A DNA stretch of 62,291 nt, the filler included, from Globobulimina sp. (taxonomy: Eukaryota), in NCBI GenBank assembly GCA_003354225.1. It is 6 parts of 6 records of this genome, joined end to end, with 100 filler letters (N's around TTAATTAATTAA, not from the genome) between each part and the next. Parts side by side here need not be neighbours in the genome. Positions count along the whole stretch, not along the records: positions 10,544 to 20,895 come from PIVH01000024.1; 5 more parts are not named here. One strand, written 5' to 3'. This document shows, in pieces, positions 10,816-20,055 of this stretch (the first letter of the stretch is position 1; the number at the start of each line of letters is the position of its first letter). Made by a program: the position numbers and the translations under genes. Under the pieces are notes generated by a model. That model ran no database searches. It had not been told where the DNA came from and saw only the letters and a program-made list of their open reading frames with translations.

Positions 10816-13800
10816 TTGGATGCACCCCCTAGTGCTTGGCCTATTTATTGTGAAACGTTAAATCAAGATGATACATATGGTTCATTGGAAAGAAATACAA
10901 CTCAGTTACAACATTATGAAACCATTGGAAAATTTACTATTAAACGCTACAACAAAACGATAATAAGACAATATCAATACTACTACAATTGGATACAAAT
11001 TGAATACAAATGTATCCAAATAATGAATAATTTAATAAAGAATGAAATAATATCCACCCCCCCAATAAATGAAACCAATGTCATCTCAAATATCCCACAA
11101 AAAAAAGGCACTTTAAACTCCAAATTGCATCAAAAATTTACCACAATAAGTGGGCCAGCACACCCCCAACAAAACCCGTACATCAACAACATCGCAGTCA
11201 CAACAACATTACAATCAACAAAGCTGGAATTTGCGGTACAAACAGCATGGATAACAACTAAAACTGTGTCAGAAGTTGCTATCCTTGCTGATAACATTAA
11301 TTTTATTATTTTGCTTGATCTGCTTGTTTCAGATACAACATTTGTACTCTATGTGTTTGTATATTATACTTTCATTTACCTTTCAATAATTTTGTATATT
11401 GTGTGTTATTTATATCCAATTAATAATAATATCGAATGTGATATCACTCATTGCGAGATACTACAACAAACCACCAACATACACTATAATACTAGCTCTT
11501 ACTCACTGGCACTAAAAGAAAACTCTTTCATCAAACAATCAAAAACAATCTCCCTTTCCTTTCACTATCTTTCTCACTATACACTTTCTTTAAAATCACA
11601 TAAAATTAGATGGAAGAAGACAAAAAAGGTGAATATACAAAAAAATACATTGACAAAAACACATAAACAACACAATATACTTTCAGACAATTTCGACCAA
11701 TATACATTTGGTGACAATGACAATGCGTCGCAAATACCTTTCCCAAAACAAAAAGCATCCCCAAATCCTTTAAAACGTACGCACACAGAATCCAAACAAC
11801 CTGCAGATGCCCAAACTCCCCAAACTAAAACACGCCATTTCTCCATTTCGAACCCATCAAAACATGCTTCCCGTTTAAAATATATTGCGGGTATACAGAC
11901 TGTCCCTGACAAGGCGCAATCTGTCCGTATCAAATGTGTTACCAAGATCATACCCAATAAAATCACCACGTTCAGAGATTTTAATGCATTGAATTTGGTG
12001 TTTGATCAAACCAAATTAATATACAAAGCTCCAGCACCATTAACCGCCGCAACCACTGTTTCCAGTCAGATTGAGCGTAATAAGGCATTGATCATAAAAT
12101 TTGAGAATTTCCAATACAACAACACCATGAAATGGGTAAACAGAGCAACCAAACACCATGAAATGATAAAATTAGACGCAAATCCGCGCATTGTATTTGA
12201 TAAAATTTATATTAATAATCGCATGGCAGATAATTTATGGATACGTAAAGGGCCCGGTTTCATGGTACAATTAGCTGATGCACAAATTAGTAAAACAAGA
12301 GAAGAATTGCAGCCGCGTATGCCTCCTGTTTCTGTGATATTTGACTGCCAAGTTTACGTACATATGTCGTATGTGGTGGCATTTTATAACTCGCTCACAA
12401 ATATTATGGGTAACACCGACGGCATTTTAGCATATATTGGAGCGTTGCATGGTGATGCGAGTAAAACTGGCGCCGGTTATTATTTTGAGTCCACAAATTC
12501 TGCGTTGTTAGAATACATAACAAATGTCGTTGGAAAAACACTGCCGCTGCAATATGACGCCAACCTCTATGGCAAGCCGCTACGTATTAGAATCCAGGAT
12601 AATATGCCAAGATATCACAAAACCGCATTCATTGTATCGTCCAATGGAATCAATGCGCTATCATTTGGAGCAAAAAAGATGGGAACTTATATGTGGCTGA
12701 AGAATAAATTCTGTTTATATTTAAATGCATCCATTTTTGACCAAATTGATTTGGCCAAACAGTATCTGGTAAACACTGTGGATTTGACGTATTTGTGGGA
12801 TCGTTTGGGTTTTTTGGTGAGTGACAAGAAATTATTGACATTGAATTTGCGCAAACCGAAATTAGAAGACGTTCGTTCGTGGATTTGCACGATGCAAAAT
12901 TCGTTGGTGAATGGACATTTATTGTCGTGTCACATTATGTCGCCGTTCCTGTATAAGAAAGAAGTCGATTATATAATAAGTCAGCTATGCCCACCAATAA
13001 CGGATTTACATATCGTCGGATTCGCACATCCGCATCAAATATATTCGAACCATCACTCGTTCAAATTCACCACAGAGAATACGCCGCGTTATGTGTTTTG
13101 TGGAGTGCCGGCCGCAGACTTAAACGATAAAAACAAACCCACCACCAATTTGGTATTAGCGTGCAACACAGTGGTTATTAATGGAATGGTCGCCAACATC
13201 TTAGAAACTTACACCGATGACATTGTGGAACGTGCAGCTATGTCTATTAACCGTCCATCAAACTGCTATTACTGCCCATCAATTTATTGTGCCACTCCTG
13301 GTAAATGTGCATGGTTCGACGCCAAATTGGCGGAAGCAAAGCAAAATAAAAAATACGAGATGATACAAAATCAGACGACGGCAGCGGTGATGGAGAAAGT
13401 GTTACGAAATATGAAACGAGCCAGAATCCAGTCGAAATGCGGACATTTGTCCAATAAATGTGAGGGCTGTGACACGACACGACCTCAACTCGAAGATGGT
13501 TACAAAGTGACAGCGTTTAATGGTAACGCGCCCAACGAGCAAACACTGACATTATATTATCATTCATTTGGCATCGCGTCGATTAAAAATCTGATAATCA
13601 ACAATAAAAAAGTGGTATGGGACGAGTTATCCACGATGGACCAGTTGGCATTTACCCTTAATAAATATGTTAAACATAAATTCCATGACAATGACATCGG
13701 CCATTTATTATTTAATAAAGTGTTATTTGTCAATGATAATAAAGAATTGGAATTGAATCAGAATGCATTGGATGTCTTAATCGCCAAACAGACGGAAGGC

Positions 13801-13917
13801 GTTGATCTCTCCTCAAAATACACAGTGCAGCAAACCTACAGTATCTCCGAACGACCGCCCGAAGATAATTCAAATAACACAAACAATAACAAGGAGAACG
13901 CCAATGATTCTCAATGA
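10816..13917 (+). CDS. LINE ORF1-like protein of unknown family, with a C-terminal Cys/His motif; start uncertain (listed start is TTG, first ATG is 11023)
   Basis: Directly upstream of ORF2 with an ATGA stop/start overlap. Blocks shared with 58332..61424: SQIPFPK, PNPLKR, KTREEL, IQSKCGHL..KC.GC...RPQLEDG. Confidence 0.82.
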   Translation: MDAPPSAWPIYCETLNQDDTYGSLERNTTQLQHYETIGKFTIKRYNKTIIRQYQYYYNWIQIEYKCIQIMNNLIKNEIISTPPINETNVISNIPQKKGTLNSKLHQKFTTISGPAHPQQNPYINNIAVTTTLQSTKLEFAVQTAWITTKTVSEVAILADNINFIILLDLLVSDTTFVLYVFVYYTFIYLSIILYIVCYLYPINNNIECDITHCEILQQTTNIHYNTSSYSLALKENSFIKQSKTISLSFHYLSHYTLSLKSHKIRWKKTKKVNIQKNTLTKTHKQHNILSDNFDQYTFGDNDNASQIPFPKQKASPNPLKRTHTESKQPADAQTPQTKTRHFSISNPSKHASRLKYIAGIQTVPDKAQSVRIKCVTKIIPNKITTFRDFNALNLVFDQTKLIYKAPAPLTAATTVSSQIERNKALIIKFENFQYNNTMKWVNRATKHHEMIKLDANPRIVFDKIYINNRMADNLWIRKGPGFMVQLADAQISKTREELQPRMPPVSVIFDCQVYVHMSYVVAFYNSLTNIMGNTDGILAYIGALHGDASKTGAGYYFESTNSALLEYITNVVGKTLPLQYDANLYGKPLRIRIQDNMPRYHKTAFIVSSNGINALSFGAKKMGTYMWLKNKFCLYLNASIFDQIDLAKQYLVNTVDLTYLWDRLGFLVSDKKLLTLNLRKPKLEDVRSWICTMQNSLVNGHLLSCHIMSPFLYKKEVDYIISQLCPPITDLHIVGFAHPHQIYSNHHSFKFTTENTPRYVFCGVPAADLNDKNKPTTNLVLACNTVVINGMVANILETYTDDIVERAAMSINRPSNCYYCPSIYCATPGKCAWFDAKLAEAKQNKKYEMIQNQTTAAVMEKVLRNMKRARIQSKCGHLSNKCEGCDTTRPQLEDGYKVTAFNGNAPNEQTLTLYYHSFGIASIKNLIINNKKVVWDELSTMDQLAFTLNKYVKHKFHDNDIGHLLFNKVLFVNDNKELELNQNALDVLIAKQTEGVDLSSKYTVQQTYSISERPPEDNSNNTNNNKENANDSQ

Positions 13918-16900
13918 TCTTTGTCGCTCACAATAATGGCTATATAATTAGCCAAATCGTCATAAAACTAATCTTATTTTTATCTCTCTCGCCATCAATA
14001 TTTGTCTTTCCTTTTTTCCAACATTTTTTTCATCACTTTTTACTCTTTTCGATCTCCTATGCTTTATTTTTATTTTTTATTCTCTCACTCTCTATGAATT
14101 TGTTCTTGATTGCTATGACCCCAACTTTCTGTGCCAATAATTTGATGAGTAAACAATTTGATTTATTCATACAAATTAATAATATGCATACAACTTTTAA
14201 TTTTAAATCTAATATATTTGCATCAGAACTGATTTCTCACCAAAAAAAAATCCAACTGCTTCACAACCTCTCCTTGCAATTTGAGACTCGCCAAAAGTAT
14301 AACAATTCTCAGATCCAAACCAAACAGACCAATCGCTATTTTACTCAGTCCAAAACAAGTCATTCTGTACATAATTATTTCAATCATTATCGACATCTAA
14401 TCAAAACGCAATGTGTCTCTGGTTATATGATTAGTACAAAAAAACACAAACATACGCCTGAACTGTATAAATTCATCGAGAAGCACCAATATCGGCTGCG
14501 GAAATACTATAAACACATTAAGATCATAATGGACAAATCGCTCCGATGGATTACAATGCGAATGCCACAACACAGATACCACCCAATAAAACACTACATT
14601 GTCTGCCAATTCCCGAAACAAATTAAACTTCGATTCAAGAAAGTGCCATACAACAACGAGAGTGTTGAAAAGACTCCGTACCAACAGCTGCATGCTTTCA
14701 GTAAAAGCCCAAGTAAGGTTTTGAAACTTCACGCATTTATACTCAAAAACGATTATGTTGTGAACGAGCCGGTGCTGCAGCAGTCAGTTAAACATAACAA
14801 ATATCATATAAAATGGTTTGTGCCTACAGATAAAAATGTGAGATGGATCCAAAATCATTGGGATGCTACGCACTTTGAATTAAATATGAAACTACACACT
14901 TTAAATAGAAACAATTGGATAAACAATCAAAAAAACAACGCAATAATATCACTTAACCAGATTTACAAATTTGCAATCAATAATTATAAGACACAAAATC
15001 CGAAACTGCGACAATATAAAAACTATTTGATTAATAAAACCATACAGCAACACACAACAAATACTAAAAATGAAAAGTCCGATATTCCACAAACCATTTT
15101 GAGATACCCGTTCATGCAAATCTATGCTCCAAACGTTGAGCCTCTCACCACCACCAAAATAAAAATAAAGAACCTCACCATTGGCTTCCTGAACATAAAT
15201 GGAAAGGCCAAGACCAAAATAAATCAGATGCACCCTTATATGCAGCAGCTTGTAATACATCACAAGTTGGACATAATACTATTGATTGATACACGAAGAG
15301 TGCACAGACCCGATTGGAATCTGCCTGGCTATAAACTAATAGTCCATAAATCCCCTGTAACGTCAAACAACCCCAAGAATGTTGGTGGTATATTGATTTA
15401 TCACAAAATGAATCTGAAAAACAAAATAAAACTAATAAAAAAGACCAGAGGGCACAACACCGCCTGGATAGCGGTAGACAGCGTAAACGGCACCAAACCA
15501 ACCTACATAGCAGTGAATTATGCCCGTACTCACAAATCAGATAATGCCAAACGCAGTGCTGCATTCTATCAGACTCTAACAGATGATATCCATAAATATA
15601 AAACATGCTGCAATGATATGTATGTAATCGGCGACTTTAATGCCCGAATGGGTGCCATGACCATGGATATTGCCAAAAATGCGCATTATAAGTATATGAA
15701 GGCACTGCTTGACGCCACCAAACTAAAAATAGCTAATCCGCAGTTTGCCCCGCAATTCCTAACCTGCCTCGCAAAGGGCGCCAGAAATAATGGTGGCTCC
15801 ATAATTGACTATGTCATAACGGAGAGATTGGATACCATCAAATCAATGCAAGTTGACACACATCCTGTTTTTATGGACCATCGACCAGTGATCTTTACCC
15901 TTAATAATACTGACTGTCAAACGGATGTGATTGATAAACATTTTATATTACGACAGTATGAACCCAATGATGCGCTGATAAAATCACATTATAACATCCT
16001 AAAAAACAGATCGCGACACCTCCAGAAGTTTGCCGCCAATACGAAATTCTACCAAAGTGAGCCGGACAGAGAATACATTTCAAATATAACGTCAATAACT
16101 GCCATCTACATATTACATCTGGCCACCATTAAAGCCTTTGGAATCGTTGATTTTGACTCTGCCAATAATTGGACGAATATAACATCAAAGCAGGTCTCCT
16201 TAAACATAAAACAGAGACTTTTCATGAATACTAATACGAACACAAATGAGATGCATAATTTAATAGTTGAAGCTGAAAAAGAATTTGAACTGAATAAACA
16301 ACATAAACTGACCCAGAATACCATCCGTTTTAATAATCTAAACCATTCTAATAAATTAAAAACGTTCAAGACGTACAATAAAAACAAAGATTACGTCGTT
16401 GACGAACCCTTCTTGACGTATAAAAATAAAATAATGGATAAAAACACGGCGCTGCAACAATTCTTTGGGTCCATTTGTGGCCCAATGGATGACCCAATAA
16501 TTAATGATAAACTGCTTGATATTAATACCTTTAATAATAAATTGAACAATCACGTCAAGAATGACTTGATTTTCATCCCTCACAAACCTAAAAAAGAGAA
16601 TGATGGCTCCACTGTGGACGTGACGCCACCCATTGCAATCACTGAAAATCTGCTTCCCTCCCACGATGACGAGCAGTCTGCGGATGCACTAACACCGCAC
16701 TTTGACCCCAGCTTTTTACCTCCCACCCAACCAATATTGAACCAGCTATATAGTTTGGAGCATAATGAAAGTGATAGTGATGACGATGATGATGTCATAC
16801 TAAATATCCAACGCCAAACACCTGGATATTTACCAGAACGTAGTATCCAACAAGAAAATGAGGAGAAGAAGGAGTGTGAAGATATACCAAACCCCAAAGC

Positions 16901-19900
16901 TAGCAAATTTAAATCGATTGAAATCGCAATAAAACAGGCAAATCCTAACAGTGCCCCGGGCTATGATGGAATAAAAACAATACATCTTAAAACAAATTCG
17001 GTCCTAATAAACGAAATCCTGTGCACCCTCTATAATGTCTGGAATAGCACATATTTCATTCCATATTACTTCCGGTTGGGTTCCATAATCCCGATACTAA
17101 AAACGCCGAATGGTTGCACCCCAAATCAATACCGGCCCATAACTCTCCTACCAATAATATTTAAGGCATATGAACGGTTGGTGCTGTGGGAAATGTGCAT
17201 ACAGCACAAATTCAGAGCAAATCTACATATTTTACAAGGTGGCAACCGCTCAAGAAGAGGGGTGCCGGAACAGATAGGAGCACTAAACTTGATTGCAGAG
17301 ACTGCAAAGATGCGTGAGATCCCATTGTACTGTGCGCTTTTGGACATACGTAAGGCCTTTGATACAGTGTGGAGAAAGGGCCTCATATTCAAATTACACA
17401 CACACTTTAATATTCCCATCCATATATGCAAAATAATAAAGGCAATATACAATAATTCGCATGCTGCAATTCGTGATATCCCGTTCATTTCTAATAAATT
17501 TGTATTGCACAATGGTGTGTTGCAGGGCTCTGTACTATCCCCAGTATTGTATGCTGCATTCCTCAATGATATGATATATACGCTCCAGGCCTCTGAAAAT
17601 GGCGCCTTTTCGCCAGATCCCAATAAAAAGATAGCGTGCATCTTCTATGCGGATGATATAATCTTGACAGCGAATAAAATATCTCACCTTCACAAATCAA
17701 TAAAAATCTGTGAGCGGCACAGCAAACTATGGAACTACCAATTTAATGATAAAAAATGTATGACCATGATTTACAACGATGACTCAATAAACACAAATAA
17801 CATTGACACATACAACATAAACGACATAATTCTAATAAACCACGAGTACCATGCAACCGATGCTATACACCATGGTAAACCCGCGCCGATGATACTGACA
17901 CAAAAACCGATAAATGGCCAGATAATGGCGTTGGACATATATAACCAAACCAGAGCATATAATAAAGAGGAGATACCCCCCAATCACCTTAAACAGTTTC
18001 TGAGCCATGTAAGTTTCTATGGCGATATTGCCAATAAACCGTTTCCGATCATGTGGAATAACATGCGCTATGATCGCAGTTACAGCCCGTCTGTGATGCA
18101 CCATAAGTTACGTCTAAACGGCAAACGACTATGCTGCACAACATATATGAGATACTTAGGTGCCATGCTGTGCAGCTATGACGCCACGAACTTAGTCTCC
18201 ACTGAATATACTAACAAACACTTTCTAAAAAAGCTTGACAATAAAGCAAGAATTCTAAACACATTGGATTTTAATCATGATTATATTTCCCTCGACGACA
18301 AAATCCGAATCCTCAAGACATTTTATTTAGTATATACTGAGATCTTTGCCCAAGTCTTGGACAGTGATGCAATAAACCTCACAGAAGCCAATCAGAAACA
18401 ACTAAATGCAATCCGCAGACAGACAAATATCAAACACTTTGTCCCTAAACAACTATATCTGTGGGCTGGAATACCCACTCCCTTTGAACGATGGGTATCA
18501 TTGAAACTGGTCTTTTATTGGAAATTATTACATATATCGAATGTTTCCTTAATGCATAAATGGGCCCAATTGTCCCATATCCACCATCATAAACTATATA
18601 AACAATACGCGGAGTTGAAGACAAAATGGTTGCCAATAGTAACCAACATAGTTGACGATGAGGTCCAGATGACCGATCCCTTTGATATAGTCAATGAACC
18701 ACATGAACTAAGACCAATTGTAATAACGGCGCAACATAAACACATACTTAATACATTGAACAAATATCATCCTTTGAAAATACTAAAACACATAACAAGT
18801 GATTATAAACCAATGAATATGTACGAAGTGACTGAGTTAGCGGATTATGTGAAACCACCAATGATTGAACCATACCGTGCGTTGTTTTATAATTTCAACC
18901 AAAATGATCCATACTGCAATCTTTGCTGTAATAACATCAATAAACCATTGGAGGTACACCTTGCTGTCCTCTGTCCAATCCTAAATGATCTAAGACAAGA
19001 ATATTGGTATCATGCAAGCTTTACCTTCGCCAAAAATGGATCAGAGATAAATAAAGTCCATAACCAACTGTATATGCAACGACTCATTGAAATGTGTCGC
19101 AATGTCAATGTCCATAAATCGCAATTCTGGAAAATCCTTTGTGGTGCCAATATTTATGAAACTGAATCAAATGAATTTGTATATAAACATAAACCAATAA
19201 ATATAAACGTGAATAAATACACTTTGTACAGAAATTTAATATCCCAGACTCACCGATGGATTTACAACATATACCGTCTAAATCAAAATACTTTGAATTT
19301 GAGAAGAATGAGAAACAAACACATCACAGACCCGAGCAAAATGCCATTATATCACACCCGCAATAGAAACATCAGAGAATGGAATGCAGCCAAGCACAGA
19401 CTGGAGAATAATGACCTTATAATAGCCACCGATTCGTCGCATGACCCAATTACCAACACCACTGGAATAGGTGTATTCATCTTAGACAGAAATAGGGTCC
19501 ATTGCTTTGCTCAACCAATTGGTGCCCAAACCAACCATTTTGGTGAGCTGTTCGCGATACACAAATCTGAGTTTCTTATAAAATATTGCAAAATAAATAC
19601 TGATAATCGACGTAAGATAATATTTACGGACTCGTTATATAATTTCGTACCACTAATCACAACCCCCCGAAACATAAATAAATTAGCACATTCGAACCTA
19701 TTTATCAACACACAAAAGTACATAAAAAGAAGCCAGAGTATATTGTGGAAAGTCAAATCACATACTAAACCAAAACAGCAACCCTTTAATAACGTGGCTG
19801 ATAAACTAGCAGAAATTGGAAGAATGCATCCCAATAATTCTAATTATCTGACTGTTAACTTCAACTCTGTGCAATATGCTAAATACCAAGCATTTGAATA

Positions 19901-19991
19901 CAACGATGGTATCTCCTTTGAGACCATCAACAACCTCGCCGGGATGTTCCAGCAATCGGTGAGTATGGAGCCAGACTTACTCCCTGGCTGA
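13914..19991 (+). CDS. LINE ORF2 polyprotein: unknown N-terminal domain, APE endonuclease, reverse transcriptase, CCHC finger, RNase H
   Basis: APE: IGFLNING, VIGDFNA, IIDY, MDHRPV. RT: SAPGYDGI, YRPITLL, LLDIRKAFDTV, GVLQGSVLSP, YADD (17646-17657), RYLG. CNLC...HLAVLC. RNase H: ATDSS, GEL, FTDS, KVKSH, VADKLA. Confidence 0.95.
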   Translation: MIFVAHNNGYIISQIVIKLILFLSLSPSIFVFPFFQHFFHHFLLFSISYALFLFFILSLSMNLFLIAMTPTFCANNLMSKQFDLFIQINNMHTTFNFKSNIFASELISHQKKIQLLHNLSLQFETRQKYNNSQIQTKQTNRYFTQSKTSHSVHNYFNHYRHLIKTQCVSGYMISTKKHKHTPELYKFIEKHQYRLRKYYKHIKIIMDKSLRWITMRMPQHRYHPIKHYIVCQFPKQIKLRFKKVPYNNESVEKTPYQQLHAFSKSPSKVLKLHAFILKNDYVVNEPVLQQSVKHNKYHIKWFVPTDKNVRWIQNHWDATHFELNMKLHTLNRNNWINNQKNNAIISLNQIYKFAINNYKTQNPKLRQYKNYLINKTIQQHTTNTKNEKSDIPQTILRYPFMQIYAPNVEPLTTTKIKIKNLTIGFLNINGKAKTKINQMHPYMQQLVIHHKLDIILLIDTRRVHRPDWNLPGYKLIVHKSPVTSNNPKNVGGILIYHKMNLKNKIKLIKKTRGHNTAWIAVDSVNGTKPTYIAVNYARTHKSDNAKRSAAFYQTLTDDIHKYKTCCNDMYVIGDFNARMGAMTMDIAKNAHYKYMKALLDATKLKIANPQFAPQFLTCLAKGARNNGGSIIDYVITERLDTIKSMQVDTHPVFMDHRPVIFTLNNTDCQTDVIDKHFILRQYEPNDALIKSHYNILKNRSRHLQKFAANTKFYQSEPDREYISNITSITAIYILHLATIKAFGIVDFDSANNWTNITSKQVSLNIKQRLFMNTNTNTNEMHNLIVEAEKEFELNKQHKLTQNTIRFNNLNHSNKLKTFKTYNKNKDYVVDEPFLTYKNKIMDKNTALQQFFGSICGPMDDPIINDKLLDINTFNNKLNNHVKNDLIFIPHKPKKENDGSTVDVTPPIAITENLLPSHDDEQSADALTPHFDPSFLPPTQPILNQLYSLEHNESDSDDDDDVILNIQRQTPGYLPERSIQQENEEKKECEDIPNPKASKFKSIEIAIKQANPNSAPGYDGIKTIHLKTNSVLINEILCTLYNVWNSTYFIPYYFRLGSIIPILKTPNGCTPNQYRPITLLPIIFKAYERLVLWEMCIQHKFRANLHILQGGNRSRRGVPEQIGALNLIAETAKMREIPLYCALLDIRKAFDTVWRKGLIFKLHTHFNIPIHICKIIKAIYNNSHAAIRDIPFISNKFVLHNGVLQGSVLSPVLYAAFLNDMIYTLQASENGAFSPDPNKKIACIFYADDIILTANKISHLHKSIKICERHSKLWNYQFNDKKCMTMIYNDDSINTNNIDTYNINDIILINHEYHATDAIHHGKPAPMILTQKPINGQIMALDIYNQTRAYNKEEIPPNHLKQFLSHVSFYGDIANKPFPIMWNNMRYDRSYSPSVMHHKLRLNGKRLCCTTYMRYLGAMLCSYDATNLVSTEYTNKHFLKKLDNKARILNTLDFNHDYISLDDKIRILKTFYLVYTEIFAQVLDSDAINLTEANQKQLNAIRRQTNIKHFVPKQLYLWAGIPTPFERWVSLKLVFYWKLLHISNVSLMHKWAQLSHIHHHKLYKQYAELKTKWLPIVTNIVDDEVQMTDPFDIVNEPHELRPIVITAQHKHILNTLNKYHPLKILKHITSDYKPMNMYEVTELADYVKPPMIEPYRALFYNFNQNDPYCNLCCNNINKPLEVHLAVLCPILNDLRQEYWYHASFTFAKNGSEINKVHNQLYMQRLIEMCRNVNVHKSQFWKILCGANIYETESNEFVYKHKPININVNKYTLYRNLISQTHRWIYNIYRLNQNTLNLRRMRNKHITDPSKMPLYHTRNRNIREWNAAKHRLENNDLIIATDSSHDPITNTTGIGVFILDRNRVHCFAQPIGAQTNHFGELFAIHKSEFLIKYCKINTDNRRKIIFTDSLYNFVPLITTPRNINKLAHSNLFINTQKYIKRSQSILWKVKSHTKPKQQPFNNVADKLAEIGRMHPNNSNYLTVNFNSVQYAKYQAFEYNDGISFETINNLAGMFQQSVSMEPDLLPG

Positions 19992-20055
19992 ATGTGCCCC
20001 TACTACTACTAATAGCAAGTACATTAACCATACGTTATTTTGTTTTATCGCCAAC

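Larger units (their letters stand above)
10742..20011 (+). mobile_element. Non-LTR retrotransposon (LINE-like), copy A; exact 5' end not defined
   Basis: ORF1 + ORF2 (APE-RT-CCHC-RNase H), 9-nt 3' UTR, then TACTACTACTA. Homologous along its length to the copy at 52126-61473. Confidence 0.92.

Noticed and set aside
11577-19834. Antisense ORFs recurring at similar places in both LINE copies (e.g. 16106 vs 55763, 17126 vs 54827)
   Set aside because: These are expected mirror frames of a conserved sense ORF, and their lengths and ends are not conserved.
19935-20000. HDV-like ribozyme at the LINE end
   Set aside because: I can only form two simple hairpins, not the nested double pseudoknot, and such ribozymes are typically at LINE 5' ends.
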